Assembly (NCBI RefSeq): GCF_964355755.1 | Contig: NC_092674.1 | Span: 4,030,001-4,094,000 of the forward strand | Reading direction: 5' to 3' | Length of the DNA stretch: 64,000 nucleotides | DNA from: Antedon mediterranea | Taxonomy: Eukaryota > Animalia > Echinodermata | Shown: in pieces, positions 63,586-64,000 of the stretch | Numbering within the stretch: the stretch's first letter is position 1 | Layout of the letters: each line of letters begins with the position of its first letter | Position numbers and translations under genes: made by a program | Notes under the pieces: model-generated | What the model saw: only the letters and a program-made list of their open reading frames with translations | Database searches by the model: none | What the model was told of the DNA's origin: nothing

Positions 63586-64000
63586 TTCAATTTGGGTTGT
63601 GCCTCAAACTCAAGTCCAGAGCATGAGGTTGTTGACAATCATCAGTACCATTTTAAATTCCAATTTTTGTTTGTTTATCAATGTGTTTTCAATCAGATAT
63701 TGTATGTGTGATGCAGCCACATCAACACAATTTGGCAGATTTACTACTACTGTACTGTCCTTAATTCTTGGTCATAAAATTCAAACTCATTAAAATTTAA
63801 TTGTAAACATTATTCAGAAATGCTGCCAAAATTGGACTAATGGGCTTTCTGTATATGTAATATGTAATATCAACCATCTTCAAACTACTACTACTAGTAT
63901 CAGTATGAGATGCCAGACTATACTACTGTAATAACTACTGTAGTGTATAAATGTGTGCCTAAAAATGTACTTTTTGCAAGAATTTTTAATAAAAAATTTG

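Overview
AT-rich, intron-containing animal genomic DNA. An invertebrate deuterostome such as an echinoderm is my inference, based on a T-peptide AChE, a Deu-domain SINE and abundant TAGGCCTA. Genes reconstructed by hand from splice sites: the 3' part of ATG3 (+, last intron U12-type), LHFPL6 (-), intronless FAM43A-like (-), an NB-ARC/STAND-TPR gene (+), acetylcholinesterase with a WAT/T-peptide exon (-), and a tandem array of three death-effector-domain (DED)-only genes (+; two intact, one pseudogene). The rest is MITEs, non-autonomous DNA transposons, tRNA-derived SINEs, L2/RTE LINE ends and mini/microsatellites. Most notable: (i) the array of caspase-less, apparently four-DED proteins, whose DED exons have diverged far more than their introns, lying close to an effector-less NB-ARC-TPR protein with a degenerate Walker B (a candidate innate-immune/cell-death module); (ii) an AChE whose last intron is fully open in frame and encodes a hydrophobic segment; (iii) natural G119S/G328A-type active-site substitutions in that AChE. 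All gene models are manual and lack transcript support.
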